Source: an uncultured Rhodospirillaceae bacterium (GTDB lineage Bacteria > Pseudomonadota > Alphaproteobacteria > UBA7887). Taken from it: a stretch of DNA of 64,000 bases. This document shows, piece after piece, positions 42,602-50,846 of the stretch (positions within the stretch are counted from its first letter, which is position 1; each line of letters opens with the position of its first letter). The notes under the pieces were generated by a model, which saw nothing but the letters and a program-made list of their open reading frames with translations, had not been told where the DNA came from and made no database searches. The DNA is taken from positions 13,719 through 77,718 of the forward strand of contig CAZEWK010000089.1 of the NCBI GenBank assembly GCA_964515905.1. The letters are read 5' to 3'. Position numbers and translations under genes: made by a program.

Positions 42602-43432
42602 ATGACTAATCAAATGCGGAATAATGATAGCCAACCCGATTTGACAGGCTATTGGGGACATTTAACCACTACGGACTTTTCTACCTTAAACCCCGAGGAA
42701 ACCATTGCCCTACTCCCAGTAGCAGCCATCGAACAGCATGGGCCGCATCTACCACTTGAGACGGATGCATGCATAAGTGAAGGCTTGGTCAAAGGCCTTT
42801 TGGGCAGAAGCCATGATCGTCTAACACTCGTTAGCCTGCCGCCGATGGTTATCGGCGATAGCACAGAGCACATTGATTATTCAGGAACACTCTCAGCTAA
42901 CACCGAGACACTAGTCAGTCTGTGGTCAGGTATCGGCAAGCAAGTGGCCAAATCTGGCATTCAAAAACTACTAATCCTGAATACTCATGGAGGGCAACCG
43001 CAAATCGTGGACATAGTAGCACAGCGTCTTCGTGCCCAGGATAAAATGCTGGTAGTTGGGGTGAGCACCTTTAAGCTTGGCATTCCTGAAGGCCTATTTA
43101 ATACTAAAGAACTTCAGCATGGGCTACATGGGGGTGAAATAGAAACATCACTCATGCTCTTCCTTAAGCCAGAATTAGTGCGCCCAAACCGGGCAAACAA
43201 TTTTATTTCATCATCTTGGAAAATGGAAGAAACATACTCCCGCCTTTCGACAAACGGACCGGCTGCATTTGCTTGGCAAGCACAAGACTTGCACGAATTG
43301 GGAGTGGTGGGCGATGCAGCAAAAGCCGACGCCAAGCGTGGGTCCAAATTGTTTGAATTCTTGTTGGATGAAATATCTCTTATTTTGAGGGATATGAGAC
43401 AGTTCCCCATATCTGATTTGAAGAATGTCTAG
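42602..43432 (+). CDS. creatininase-family amidohydrolase
   Basis: 276 aa. ...AIEQHGPHLPLETDACISEGL... and ...LNTHGGQ...GGEIETS match the creatininase/ArfB/MftE family metal-binding motifs. Confidence 0.75.
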   Translation: MTNQMRNNDSQPDLTGYWGHLTTTDFSTLNPEETIALLPVAAIEQHGPHLPLETDACISEGLVKGLLGRSHDRLTLVSLPPMVIGDSTEHIDYSGTLSANTETLVSLWSGIGKQVAKSGIQKLLILNTHGGQPQIVDIVAQRLRAQDKMLVVGVSTFKLGIPEGLFNTKELQHGLHGGEIETSLMLFLKPELVRPNRANNFISSSWKMEETYSRLSTNGPAAFAWQAQDLHELGVVGDAAKADAKRGSKLFEFLLDEISLILRDMRQFPISDLKNV

Positions 43433-44246
43433 TCAGACTTTGATTGACGTTGAGGGTGCTTGGACGCTCCTGCTGCAATATCTAAACGGAACATCTCAAA
43501 ACATTTTGGACATCGACGAAACGGGCTCATGGAATATTATACGAGGCCTCTCAGACGCAGCCGAAGATTTAATCCGGTTATACGGACCCTTAGTTGCAAA
43601 ACAGAGAAACCGATCGCTGATTGTCGCGAATCTGGGACAGAGTCTGGACGGATATATCTCTACCAACAACGGTAACTCATATTACGTCACTGGCAAGGAA
43701 AGCATTATTCATCTTCATCGAATGCGCGCCTTATTTGATGCAGTTATAGTAGGAGCAAATACAGTTGATGCAGACAATCCAAAACTGACAACACGACTAG
43801 TGAGCGGCAATAACCCAACCCGCGTCGTTATAGACCCAAACCGTAAATTAAGTCCTTCCCACCAAGTGTTTACTGATGAATCAGTTGCTACTGTTTTGTT
43901 GTGCGCCCAAAACCTAAAGCAAAGAAATTATCCTGCTTTGAAGAACGTTGAAATTCTTGAACTGCCCAACACCGACGAAGGTATCTCTACTAAGGATTGC
44001 ATTGATGCATTGGGCTCACGAGGGCTACATCGTTTGTTCATAGAGGGTGGTGGCATCACCGTGAGCCGTTTTTTTAATGCGGGTGTCCTTGATCGGCTTC
44101 ATATCACCGTTGCCCCCGTAATGTTTGGCGCAGGCAAGGTCGGAATCCAACCCACGGCTGCAATAAATCCTGGTAAGGCCTTTCGTGGAAAGCACTGCAG
44201 AACTTTTCCACTCGGGGACGATATTTTGTTTGATTTCGAATTTTAG
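43425..44246 (+). CDS. RibD C-terminal-domain (pyrimidine reductase/DHFR-like) family protein
   Basis: 273 aa. ...IVANLGQSLDGYIST... and ...LFIEGGGITVSRFF... match RibD_C reductase motifs. Has a ~60 aa N-terminal extension. Overlaps the creatininase gene by 8 nt. Confidence 0.7.
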   Translation: MSSQTLIDVEGAWTLLLQYLNGTSQNILDIDETGSWNIIRGLSDAAEDLIRLYGPLVAKQRNRSLIVANLGQSLDGYISTNNGNSYYVTGKESIIHLHRMRALFDAVIVGANTVDADNPKLTTRLVSGNNPTRVVIDPNRKLSPSHQVFTDESVATVLLCAQNLKQRNYPALKNVEILELPNTDEGISTKDCIDALGSRGLHRLFIEGGGITVSRFFNAGVLDRLHITVAPVMFGAGKVGIQPTAAINPGKAFRGKHCRTFPLGDDILFDFEF

Positions 44247-44274
44247 GAAGTAAGCCCAATCCTGATATTATCAC

Positions 44275-45129
44275 CTACCAAGAAATGGGCCACGCCCACA
44301 AATCTGTATGCCCAACATCCAATTGAGAATGGCATTGCTCAATTGCTGTGAGTCGAAATTTCAACCAGTCGCGAGTTTCCTGACTTTTGTCCACCAGACC
44401 CATCCAATCTTTGATAAGTGCTGTTTGAAGATCCAAATCGGCTTTTCCCAATGCCCAAGCACTTGGGGCAGTTATAACGTCGTATCCTGCGTGGCGAAGT
44501 GCACACTCTAATACAGAGACAGCACGTGACCCAAGCCCCTCTCCAAAGCCTTTATCTCGACGTTGATCATAATTTAAGGCGTCTAGGACCAGTGAGTCTG
44601 TGGGGTGAGCTGGGCCAAAAGTTACACAGCCGTTGTAGTTCAGGCACGCGTATACACATGCTTGAGTCTCAGAACACCAATCTACAAACTTCATACACCA
44701 ACTAGCGGAGACCAGGTCTAAAAAAGCGGAAACAGTTACTAAATCAATCTCTGAAGGTCTGTCCCCAAAGCCTCTTGATAAATCACAATCATGGAAAGTT
44801 AACTCATAATCTTTGTCATCACCGTATATCTCTAGGCGATCTGGGGCTATCTTTGTCTGCAAGCCATTTTGTTGGCCCCACTTACAAAGGTTAGTTTTTG
44901 CTGCCGCAAGCAATGAGTCTGAGTGATCCATGAGTCTCCATGACTGCCCTAATCCCAAATAAGGGGCCAATGCCCGGATACAACTTCCAGTGCCAGAGGC
45001 TATGTCAATGGCCGAAATATGATCGAAGTGTTGTGACCAACAGTGCAGAACCGCTAATAGGTCTTTGTTGCGTGCACGAGAATCTGCTGGTTCACGTAAA
45101 TTTAACCAGTCAACCGTAAACCCACTCAT
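44275..45129 (-). CDS. class I SAM-dependent methyltransferase
   Basis: 284 aa, DIASGTGS motif I-like glycine-rich segment. Last gene of a four-gene minus-strand operon, overlapping the glycosyltransferase stop. Confidence 0.55.
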   Translation of the reverse strand: MSGFTVDWLNLREPADSRARNKDLLAVLHCWSQHFDHISAIDIASGTGSCIRALAPYLGLGQSWRLMDHSDSLLAAAKTNLCKWGQQNGLQTKIAPDRLEIYGDDKDYELTFHDCDLSRGFGDRPSEIDLVTVSAFLDLVSASWCMKFVDWCSETQACVYACLNYNGCVTFGPAHPTDSLVLDALNYDQRRDKGFGEGLGSRAVSVLECALRHAGYDVITAPSAWALGKADLDLQTALIKDWMGLVDKSQETRDWLKFRLTAIEQCHSQLDVGHTDLWAWPISW

Positions 45130-46271
45130 TAACCAACCGTCTCAAGAAGGAATGCCTCCATTTGGTAAACCACCTTTTCCCATGATCTTTGAGTCCTTCT
45201 GCAACCCCTTGCTCCCTCTGTCAAGCGGCAGCGCAACCGAGGTTCGTGAAAAAATCGACTTAATGCTGAAGCGAAGGCCCTACTATCACCGGCGGGAACC
45301 AACAAACCTGCCTTCTGAGGGACAGTCTCAATTATTGCTCCGGCGCTAGTCGCTACGATTGGTATTCCTGACCCCAAAGCCTCAGCCAAAGCCATCCCAT
45401 ATCCTTCATGGTATGACGCAAGCACGAACAAATCGGCGGACCGAAGCGCATCTCTCATTTTTGATACATTCAAGTTTCCTAGAAAATTAATTCTATCGCG
45501 AATGCCGAGTTTCGTAGCACAATTTTTCACTCGAATACTTGTTTGCTTATCCCTATCTAGATCACCTATACAATCTAGGTTCCAAGGAACCTCCTGAAGA
45601 GAGGCTAATGCATGCAGCAATACTTCATGCCCTTTCCGCGGTATTAATGTGGCGATACACAAAAGATTGAATGAAGCCTTATTAGATCCTATAGAGACAG
45701 GCATTTTCGCTATCCCCGGCTCGATAACCTCAATAGAAGCTGGATTCACATAGTACTCTTCTATTAACATCTTGGCAGTTACTGCGCTGGTTACCGAGAT
45801 CTGGGAACACACGGAAAGAGCCACCTGTTCTAACTTTTTAAACTGCAGTTGCTGAGCCAACGTTAGTCCAGTTTCCTCCGCCACAGGGTGATGAACTAAG
45901 GCGACTATCCTCAATCGTTTTGAAGCCTTACAAAGCTGACTTGCTAGTGGTGCCAACGCAAGCCCATCAATAACGACTAGACTATGATCTGGAATTTTTT
46001 TAATTATTGAATAAGCGTATTCCAGGTCATGGTCCGACGGGAATGGAAATCTTGCTGATAGGGAATGAAGACTCACATGCCACTTCTGGGCAGACAATCC
46101 GTTAATGATATGCTTGTCATAGATATACCCGCCTGTGAGAGCATCGATATTACCTGGTATAATGAAGTGTATCTGCCGCAAATTGTCTGCTCCTACACAA
46201 AACGAAGATGCATGCCTGTACCGAGAAGGTCCAACCGCTTGTACATACGCCCATCCGTCGGCCAACCTCAA
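45129..46271 (-). CDS. glycosyltransferase family 4 (GT-B, group 1)
   Basis: 380 aa. [20 protein letters not shown] is the GT4 E-x7-E donor-binding motif. Confidence 0.8.
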   Translation of the reverse strand: MRLADGWAYVQAVGPSRYRHASSFCVGADNLRQIHFIIPGNIDALTGGYIYDKHIINGLSAQKWHVSLHSLSARFPFPSDHDLEYAYSIIKKIPDHSLVVIDGLALAPLASQLCKASKRLRIVALVHHPVAEETGLTLAQQLQFKKLEQVALSVCSQISVTSAVTAKMLIEEYYVNPASIEVIEPGIAKMPVSIGSNKASFNLLCIATLIPRKGHEVLLHALASLQEVPWNLDCIGDLDRDKQTSIRVKNCATKLGIRDRINFLGNLNVSKMRDALRSADLFVLASYHEGYGMALAEALGSGIPIVATSAGAIIETVPQKAGLLVPAGDSRAFASALSRFFHEPRLRCRLTEGARGCRRTQRSWEKVVYQMEAFLLETVG

Positions 46272-46675
46272 CCATTAAGTAAGGCACCTTCGTAGCGCGC
46301 CCATGCCACGTGTGATTCATGCAGTGTCACCGAAATCGCTGTCAGGCCTGAGGCATCCGCCCCCAAGTCTCCTTCACTAACCTTTTTAAATAATCTAGAA
46401 AATATCACTTCAGCTAGAACTTCGGTGGTAGTGTTCCGATCAGCAAGCGACGGGTCTTCATCCAAGTTTCGATAATTTAACTCTTCAAGGACCTCCGCTA
46501 AAGCGGCGGAAGCTAATCCAATATCTATCACCAAGCCGTTATTATCCAAAGTCGGTCGACGAAATTCAACGTCAACCACATATGTAGCGCCATGCAGGCG
46601 CTGCGCGGGCCCAAACACGGCCCCTTTAAAACTATGTGCAATCATAACATGATCGCGGACCGATACGGTGTACAT
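46268..46675 (-). CDS. 6-pyruvoyl-tetrahydropterin synthase/QueD-like protein with degenerate active site
   Basis: 135 aa. Aligns to E. coli QueD (AAHRL / IAHSF; CGRLHGHSF / AQRLHGATY; TSEVLAKWIW / [10 protein letters not shown]). The catalytic Cys and one zinc-ligand His are replaced by Ala. Confidence 0.7.
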   Translation of the reverse strand: MYTVSVRDHVMIAHSFKGAVFGPAQRLHGATYVVDVEFRRPTLDNNGLVIDIGLASAALAEVLEELNYRNLDEDPSLADRNTTTEVLAEVIFSRLFKKVSEGDLGADASGLTAISVTLHESHVAWARYEGALLNG

Positions 46676-46687
46676 CAGCCTTCTCCT

Positions 46688-47698
46688 CTAAACGTGATCA
46701 TCATACTGAGCAACGACCCCCGAATACGTCACACAATGACAAAGCTCTTGGTTGGTTGGCAGAGTAATTCGACGCATTGTTTCTGGTAGTTGTTCAAACT
46801 CACTATGGCCAGAAATCAGTTGATCCAGTATGTCGTCAGCAAGAAGATCAAGCGCCAAAGATAAACGTCGGCGATAATCCCAACGGGATCTCTGGGTAAT
46901 CCCGACCTGCCCAACTTGTGAAGATTGCAACCTAAGTCGCTTGGAGTGAAACCCTTCGCCCAAGGGTAACTTCACAGTTTGTTTTCCGAACCAACTCAAC
47001 TCTAGAATTGTCGCCTCTTTTCCCGCCAATTCAAGTGCCAGATGCAATCCCTCCTGCGACCCAGAAGCGTGAATCACCATGTCACCTGATCCTGAGGCAT
47101 TTTTGGCTTCAGAGAACTTAACGCCCAAAGCACTGGTAACATTTTTCTTACATGGATCGATATCGACCATCAGCACCCGGGTTCCTGGAATCTGGTTAAC
47201 GAGGTACGCTGCCAGGCACCCAATGACGCCAGCGCCAACGACTATCACATCTGAACCAATTGCCACCGGGGAGTCCCAGAGACCATTAATAGCAGTCTCC
47301 ATGTTGGCCGCCAAAATTGCACGACCCTTGGGGACATTTGCTGGGATCGGCACCACGGATTCCTCTGGCACAACGTAAAAATCCTGGTGTGGGAAAAGGC
47401 AAAAAACAGCCCGATTTAACAAACTAGCCGGGCCCTTCAATACAAGCCCGACATTCGAGTATCCATATTTCACTGGTCCTGGGAAGTTTCCCTCCTGAAA
47501 CGGAGCACGCATAATCTGATGCTGGCTGGCTGGAACGTTACCCTTATAGACCAGACTTTCGGTTCCCCGGCTAATACCACTAAACAGTGTTTGAACCAAA
47601 ACCTCCCCTTCCCGAGGCTCCACCAATGGTGTTCGGAGTATCTGACCGTTTCCAGGTGCTTGCACCCAAAACGCGTGGGCATAAAGGGCCGTGGTCAT
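46688..47698 (-). CDS. medium-chain dehydrogenase/reductase, BchC-like subfamily lacking canonical zinc ligands
   Basis: 336 aa. FSGISRGTE and YGYSNVG sit where Zn-ADHs have CxxC and GHE. GAGVIGCLAAY Rossmann motif. Confidence 0.65.
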   Translation of the reverse strand: MTTALYAHAFWVQAPGNGQILRTPLVEPREGEVLVQTLFSGISRGTESLVYKGNVPASQHQIMRAPFQEGNFPGPVKYGYSNVGLVLKGPASLLNRAVFCLFPHQDFYVVPEESVVPIPANVPKGRAILAANMETAINGLWDSPVAIGSDVIVVGAGVIGCLAAYLVNQIPGTRVLMVDIDPCKKNVTSALGVKFSEAKNASGSGDMVIHASGSQEGLHLALELAGKEATILELSWFGKQTVKLPLGEGFHSKRLRLQSSQVGQVGITQRSRWDYRRRLSLALDLLADDILDQLISGHSEFEQLPETMRRITLPTNQELCHCVTYSGVVAQYDDHV

Positions 47699-47846
47699 AT
47701 TTTGATGCTCCCTAAACGGGTTCTAAATCGAACAGAAAAGTATATGATTGCATAAACTACAACATCTTGCATTGCAGGAGTTACACTCTCCATTCTCTTT
47801 GCCTAGAGCCTAAAATGAGAAACCCCCTGGTAGTTCTACACGTGAA

Positions 47847-48611
47847 ATGCAGAAAACACGATCTTCCTTAACTAAATTTACTACTAGCACCATTTGTCAT
47901 TTGATCGCTGCTGCTGCAACGACTGTGCTTACCACAAAGCTATTAACGTTAGGGAAAAGTACTCAAATTTTTGCCCCCCTGCAGGTGCTAACTGTGTTTA
48001 TCCTGATAGTAGGTACAACACTCCTACAAGCAAGAAAACACCCGCTGCCAGACTCCTTTGGGATCGCCAATCGGGTTACATTATTCCGGCTCAGCTTAAC
48101 GGCCGTCCTCGCAAGTCAGATTGGCATCGCCGCAACCCTTCGCCCTAGTGAACTTTGGTTTTTCGTTTCACTGGCTGTAATCGCACTTTTATTTGATGCT
48201 GTCGATGGGTGGCTAGCCCGCCGCTTCCATATTCAAAGCACGTTCGGAGCAATATTTGATCTAGAAGTTGATGCTTCTTTCATACTTGTCTTAGCAATAA
48301 TAGTATTCGAACTTGGAAAAGTTGGGCCCTGGGTTCTTTTAGTGGGAGCCATGCGTTACCTGTTTGTGGTGGCAGGGTGGAAGATTCGTAAACTCCGGAG
48401 ACCATTACCTCCAAGCCGAAGGAGGCAAGTTATTTGCGTAGTACAAGCTATTAGTTTGATAATAATTTTGTGCCCTATTACTAGCGCCGCGCTAGCTACC
48501 ACAATTATACTCTTCTCCCTTCTGCTCTTACTTGTCTCATTTTATCAAGATATTTATTACCTCCTATCCACCGAACGAACCATGGAGGCGTGTTGTGGAA
48601 ACACCTCGTAG
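47847..48611 (+). CDS. CDP-alcohol phosphatidyltransferase family protein
   Basis: 254 aa. DAVDGWLARRFHIQSTFGAIFDLEVD is the D-x2-DG-x2-AR-x8-G-x3-D-x3-D motif. Multi-TM. A second family member beside pgsA, so substrate is unknown. Confidence 0.75.
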   Translation: MQKTRSSLTKFTTSTICHLIAAAATTVLTTKLLTLGKSTQIFAPLQVLTVFILIVGTTLLQARKHPLPDSFGIANRVTLFRLSLTAVLASQIGIAATLRPSELWFFVSLAVIALLFDAVDGWLARRFHIQSTFGAIFDLEVDASFILVLAIIVFELGKVGPWVLLVGAMRYLFVVAGWKIRKLRRPLPPSRRRQVICVVQAISLIIILCPITSAALATTIILFSLLLLLVSFYQDIYYLLSTERTMEACCGNTS

Positions 48612-49206
48612 GATTTATGTTGCCACCGTATTTTTAATAACCATTGCAACAACTTTTATCTTAACGATTACTAGTCTTAAAGCAGAACCCTTAGATTATG
48701 TGATCGACCCAGAGCATTTTAGTGTGGGCTTTTTAGTTGACCATATCGGCTATGCGAAAATCCTGGGGATGTTTTTGAAAGCGGAGGGGCGTTTTACCTT
48801 TGACGAGCAAGAACAGTCCATCACAAATCTGTACGTTCAAATTGATACCATGAGTGTATTTACCAATCACAAAAAAAGAGATAGCCATTTACGAGGTCCG
48901 GATTTTTTAAATGCACGTGAGTTTCCGGTGATGACATTTAAGGGAGACTTAATTGAACAAACAGGCGCTAAAACTGGAAAGATTATCGGTCCTCTATCTT
49001 TGATAGGGCAATCGTTTCCTTTAACTTTGGATTTTACCTGGAACAAAAACGAGATCTATCCGTTTGGACACCGTAAACCTACCATAGGTATTTCTGCACG
49101 AGGCACCTTCCGCCGAAGCGCTTACGGCATGAGCTATGCGGTAGGAAATGGATGGGTAGGCGACAATATTGACATAATCATTGAATTCGAGGCCTACCAG
49201 AAGTGA
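48532..49206 (+). CDS. YceI-family periplasmic protein
   Basis: Signal-like N-terminus plus YceI domain (DPEHFSVGF...TFDEQE...). Start uncertain: ATG at 48532 overlaps the upstream gene by 80 nt, and an in-frame GTG near 48594 is an alternative. Confidence 0.7.
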   Translation: MSHFIKIFITSYPPNEPWRRVVETPRRIYVATVFLITIATTFILTITSLKAEPLDYVIDPEHFSVGFLVDHIGYAKILGMFLKAEGRFTFDEQEQSITNLYVQIDTMSVFTNHKKRDSHLRGPDFLNAREFPVMTFKGDLIEQTGAKTGKIIGPLSLIGQSFPLTLDFTWNKNEIYPFGHRKPTIGISARGTFRRSAYGMSYAVGNGWVGDNIDIIIEFEAYQK

Positions 49207-49226
49207 CGGGTCTGACCTACTAGCAA

Positions 49227-50846
49227 ATGGTCAACTGGAAGAGATTTGCTGGGATTTGTGCCGCTTTAATAATCCTTAATGCGTCGCTGAGCTTCCACAA
49301 TATTTGGCCAACACCCTGGATCTACTTGAGGCCTGAATTATCTGTTGAAGCAGCAATGGTAATACTTCTGATATGTACGTATACCAGTGCGTTTAAAAAA
49401 TCTATGGGACAACGAATGCGACTTTGTTTGTTGATATTCGTTCTTATCCTTGTTCTTGGACGTTACCTCGACGTCACAACGCCTTCCCTCTTTGGAAGAC
49501 CTCTTGATCTCTATTGGGACGCCCAACACGTACCTCGCATTGTCGCGATGATTTGTGACGGCAGAACCACCGCATTTATTTTTGGAATAGGGGCACTGCT
49601 ATTGGCAGGTGCTGCTTGTATTGCTTACACCGCGTCATGCTCACTGCGCTTTCTTTGCCTATCCACAGAAACTAAAAGAGTCCGCATTGCATTGTCGTGC
49701 CTATCCCTTTTTATATTAGGACTTTACGCTGCAGGAATGGGCAATCGGAGCATTCAAACCGAACGATGGTTTTCTATTCCAGTAGGTTACATGTACATTG
49801 AACAGCTCAACACAATCTACGAGTCTTTGTACGACCATACCCCAGTTGAAATTGCCGCCCCTGCCCACATTAATTCGGACCTAGGTCGGCTACATGGTCG
49901 AGACATGTATCTGTTTTTCGTAGAATCGTACGGCTCGATAGTATTCGATGATGGTGAATTCATTCCACGCTTAAAACCAGCCATAAAAACTCTGGACGAA
50001 AATATGGAAATATATGGATGGGTGGCCGCGACCGGGCTTTATGAAAGCCCGACTTTTGGCGGGGCTTCTTGGTTGGCACACGCAACTTTGATGACAGGGA
50101 ATTGGACAAAAAGACAACAGGATTACAAAGCCCTGATGAGCAGCAAATTTCGTAGCTTAACAACATACTTCCAGGAGGCAGGATATCGCACAGTAGCACT
50201 TATGCCTGGCTTAAAAACACTATGGCCCGAGGGAACATTTTACAAATATGATCAAATTTGGAATGCCAGCCAACTCAAATATATGGGACCTGATTTTGGG
50301 TGGTGGCGGATTCCAGATCAGTACAGCCTGTCTTATTTATACGATACTGAAATAGCACTCTCAGACCGACCCCCATTATTTGTTTTCTTTGCATCTATTT
50401 CTAGTCATATGCCATTTACTCCGCTCCCCCCTTATGAAGAAGACTGGTCGCAGGTACTATCGGATTCTCCGTATGATATTGCTCATACGAACGTTGATAA
50501 TAGCTACTTGATCGAAGCAGATACTATGCGTCTCGCATACGAGCGAGCAATAAATTATGAGATCCATTTGCTAGCAGGGTTTTTAAAAAAGGTCGCGCAT
50601 CAAAAGCCTATGATAATAGTGCTCGGCGACCACCAACCTCCAGCAATAGTATCTGGGAGGAATACACCATGGCTGGTTCCAGTTCATGTGTTTACCCAGA
50701 ATACTGACCTTTTAGAACCCTTTATTGACATCGGATTTCGGCGTGGGCTTCTACCACCGAGCAACCCATTGGGACGTTTGAGTTTTTTACATAAAATAAT
50801 CCTGGAAGGCTTCGACACAAGGTGGCAAGCCAAAACAAATGATTAG
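49227..50846 (+). CDS. membrane-anchored alkaline-phosphatase-superfamily transferase (LtaS/EptA/OpgB-like sulfatase domain)
   Basis: 539 aa. About 5 N-terminal TM helices, then a soluble domain with LFFVESYGS and C-terminal IIVLGDHQPP motifs, as in phosphoglycerol/phosphoethanolamine transferases. Confidence 0.55.
   Translation: MVNWKRFAGICAALIILNASLSFHNIWPTPWIYLRPELSVEAAMVILLICTYTSAFKKSMGQRMRLCLLIFVLILVLGRYLDVTTPSLFGRPLDLYWDAQHVPRIVAMICDGRTTAFIFGIGALLLAGAACIAYTASCSLRFLCLSTETKRVRIALSCLSLFILGLYAAGMGNRSIQTERWFSIPVGYMYIEQLNTIYESLYDHTPVEIAAPAHINSDLGRLHGRDMYLFFVESYGSIVFDDGEFIPRLKPAIKTLDENMEIYGWVAATGLYESPTFGGASWLAHATLMTGNWTKRQQDYKALMSSKFRSLTTYFQEAGYRTVALMPGLKTLWPEGTFYKYDQIWNASQLKYMGPDFGWWRIPDQYSLSYLYDTEIALSDRPPLFVFFASISSHMPFTPLPPYEEDWSQVLSDSPYDIAHTNVDNSYLIEADTMRLAYERAINYEIHLLAGFLKKVAHQKPMIIVLGDHQPPAIVSGRNTPWLVPVHVFTQNTDLLEPFIDIGFRRGLLPPSNPLGRLSFLHKIILEGFDTRWQAKTND

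Noticed and set aside
48617-48637. ATG at 48617 as an alternative start for the YceI-family gene
   Set aside because: It is out of frame with the YceI ORF and hits a stop after 6 codons. The start remains ambiguous between the ATG at 48532 (80-nt overlap with the upstream gene) and an in-frame GTG near 48594.
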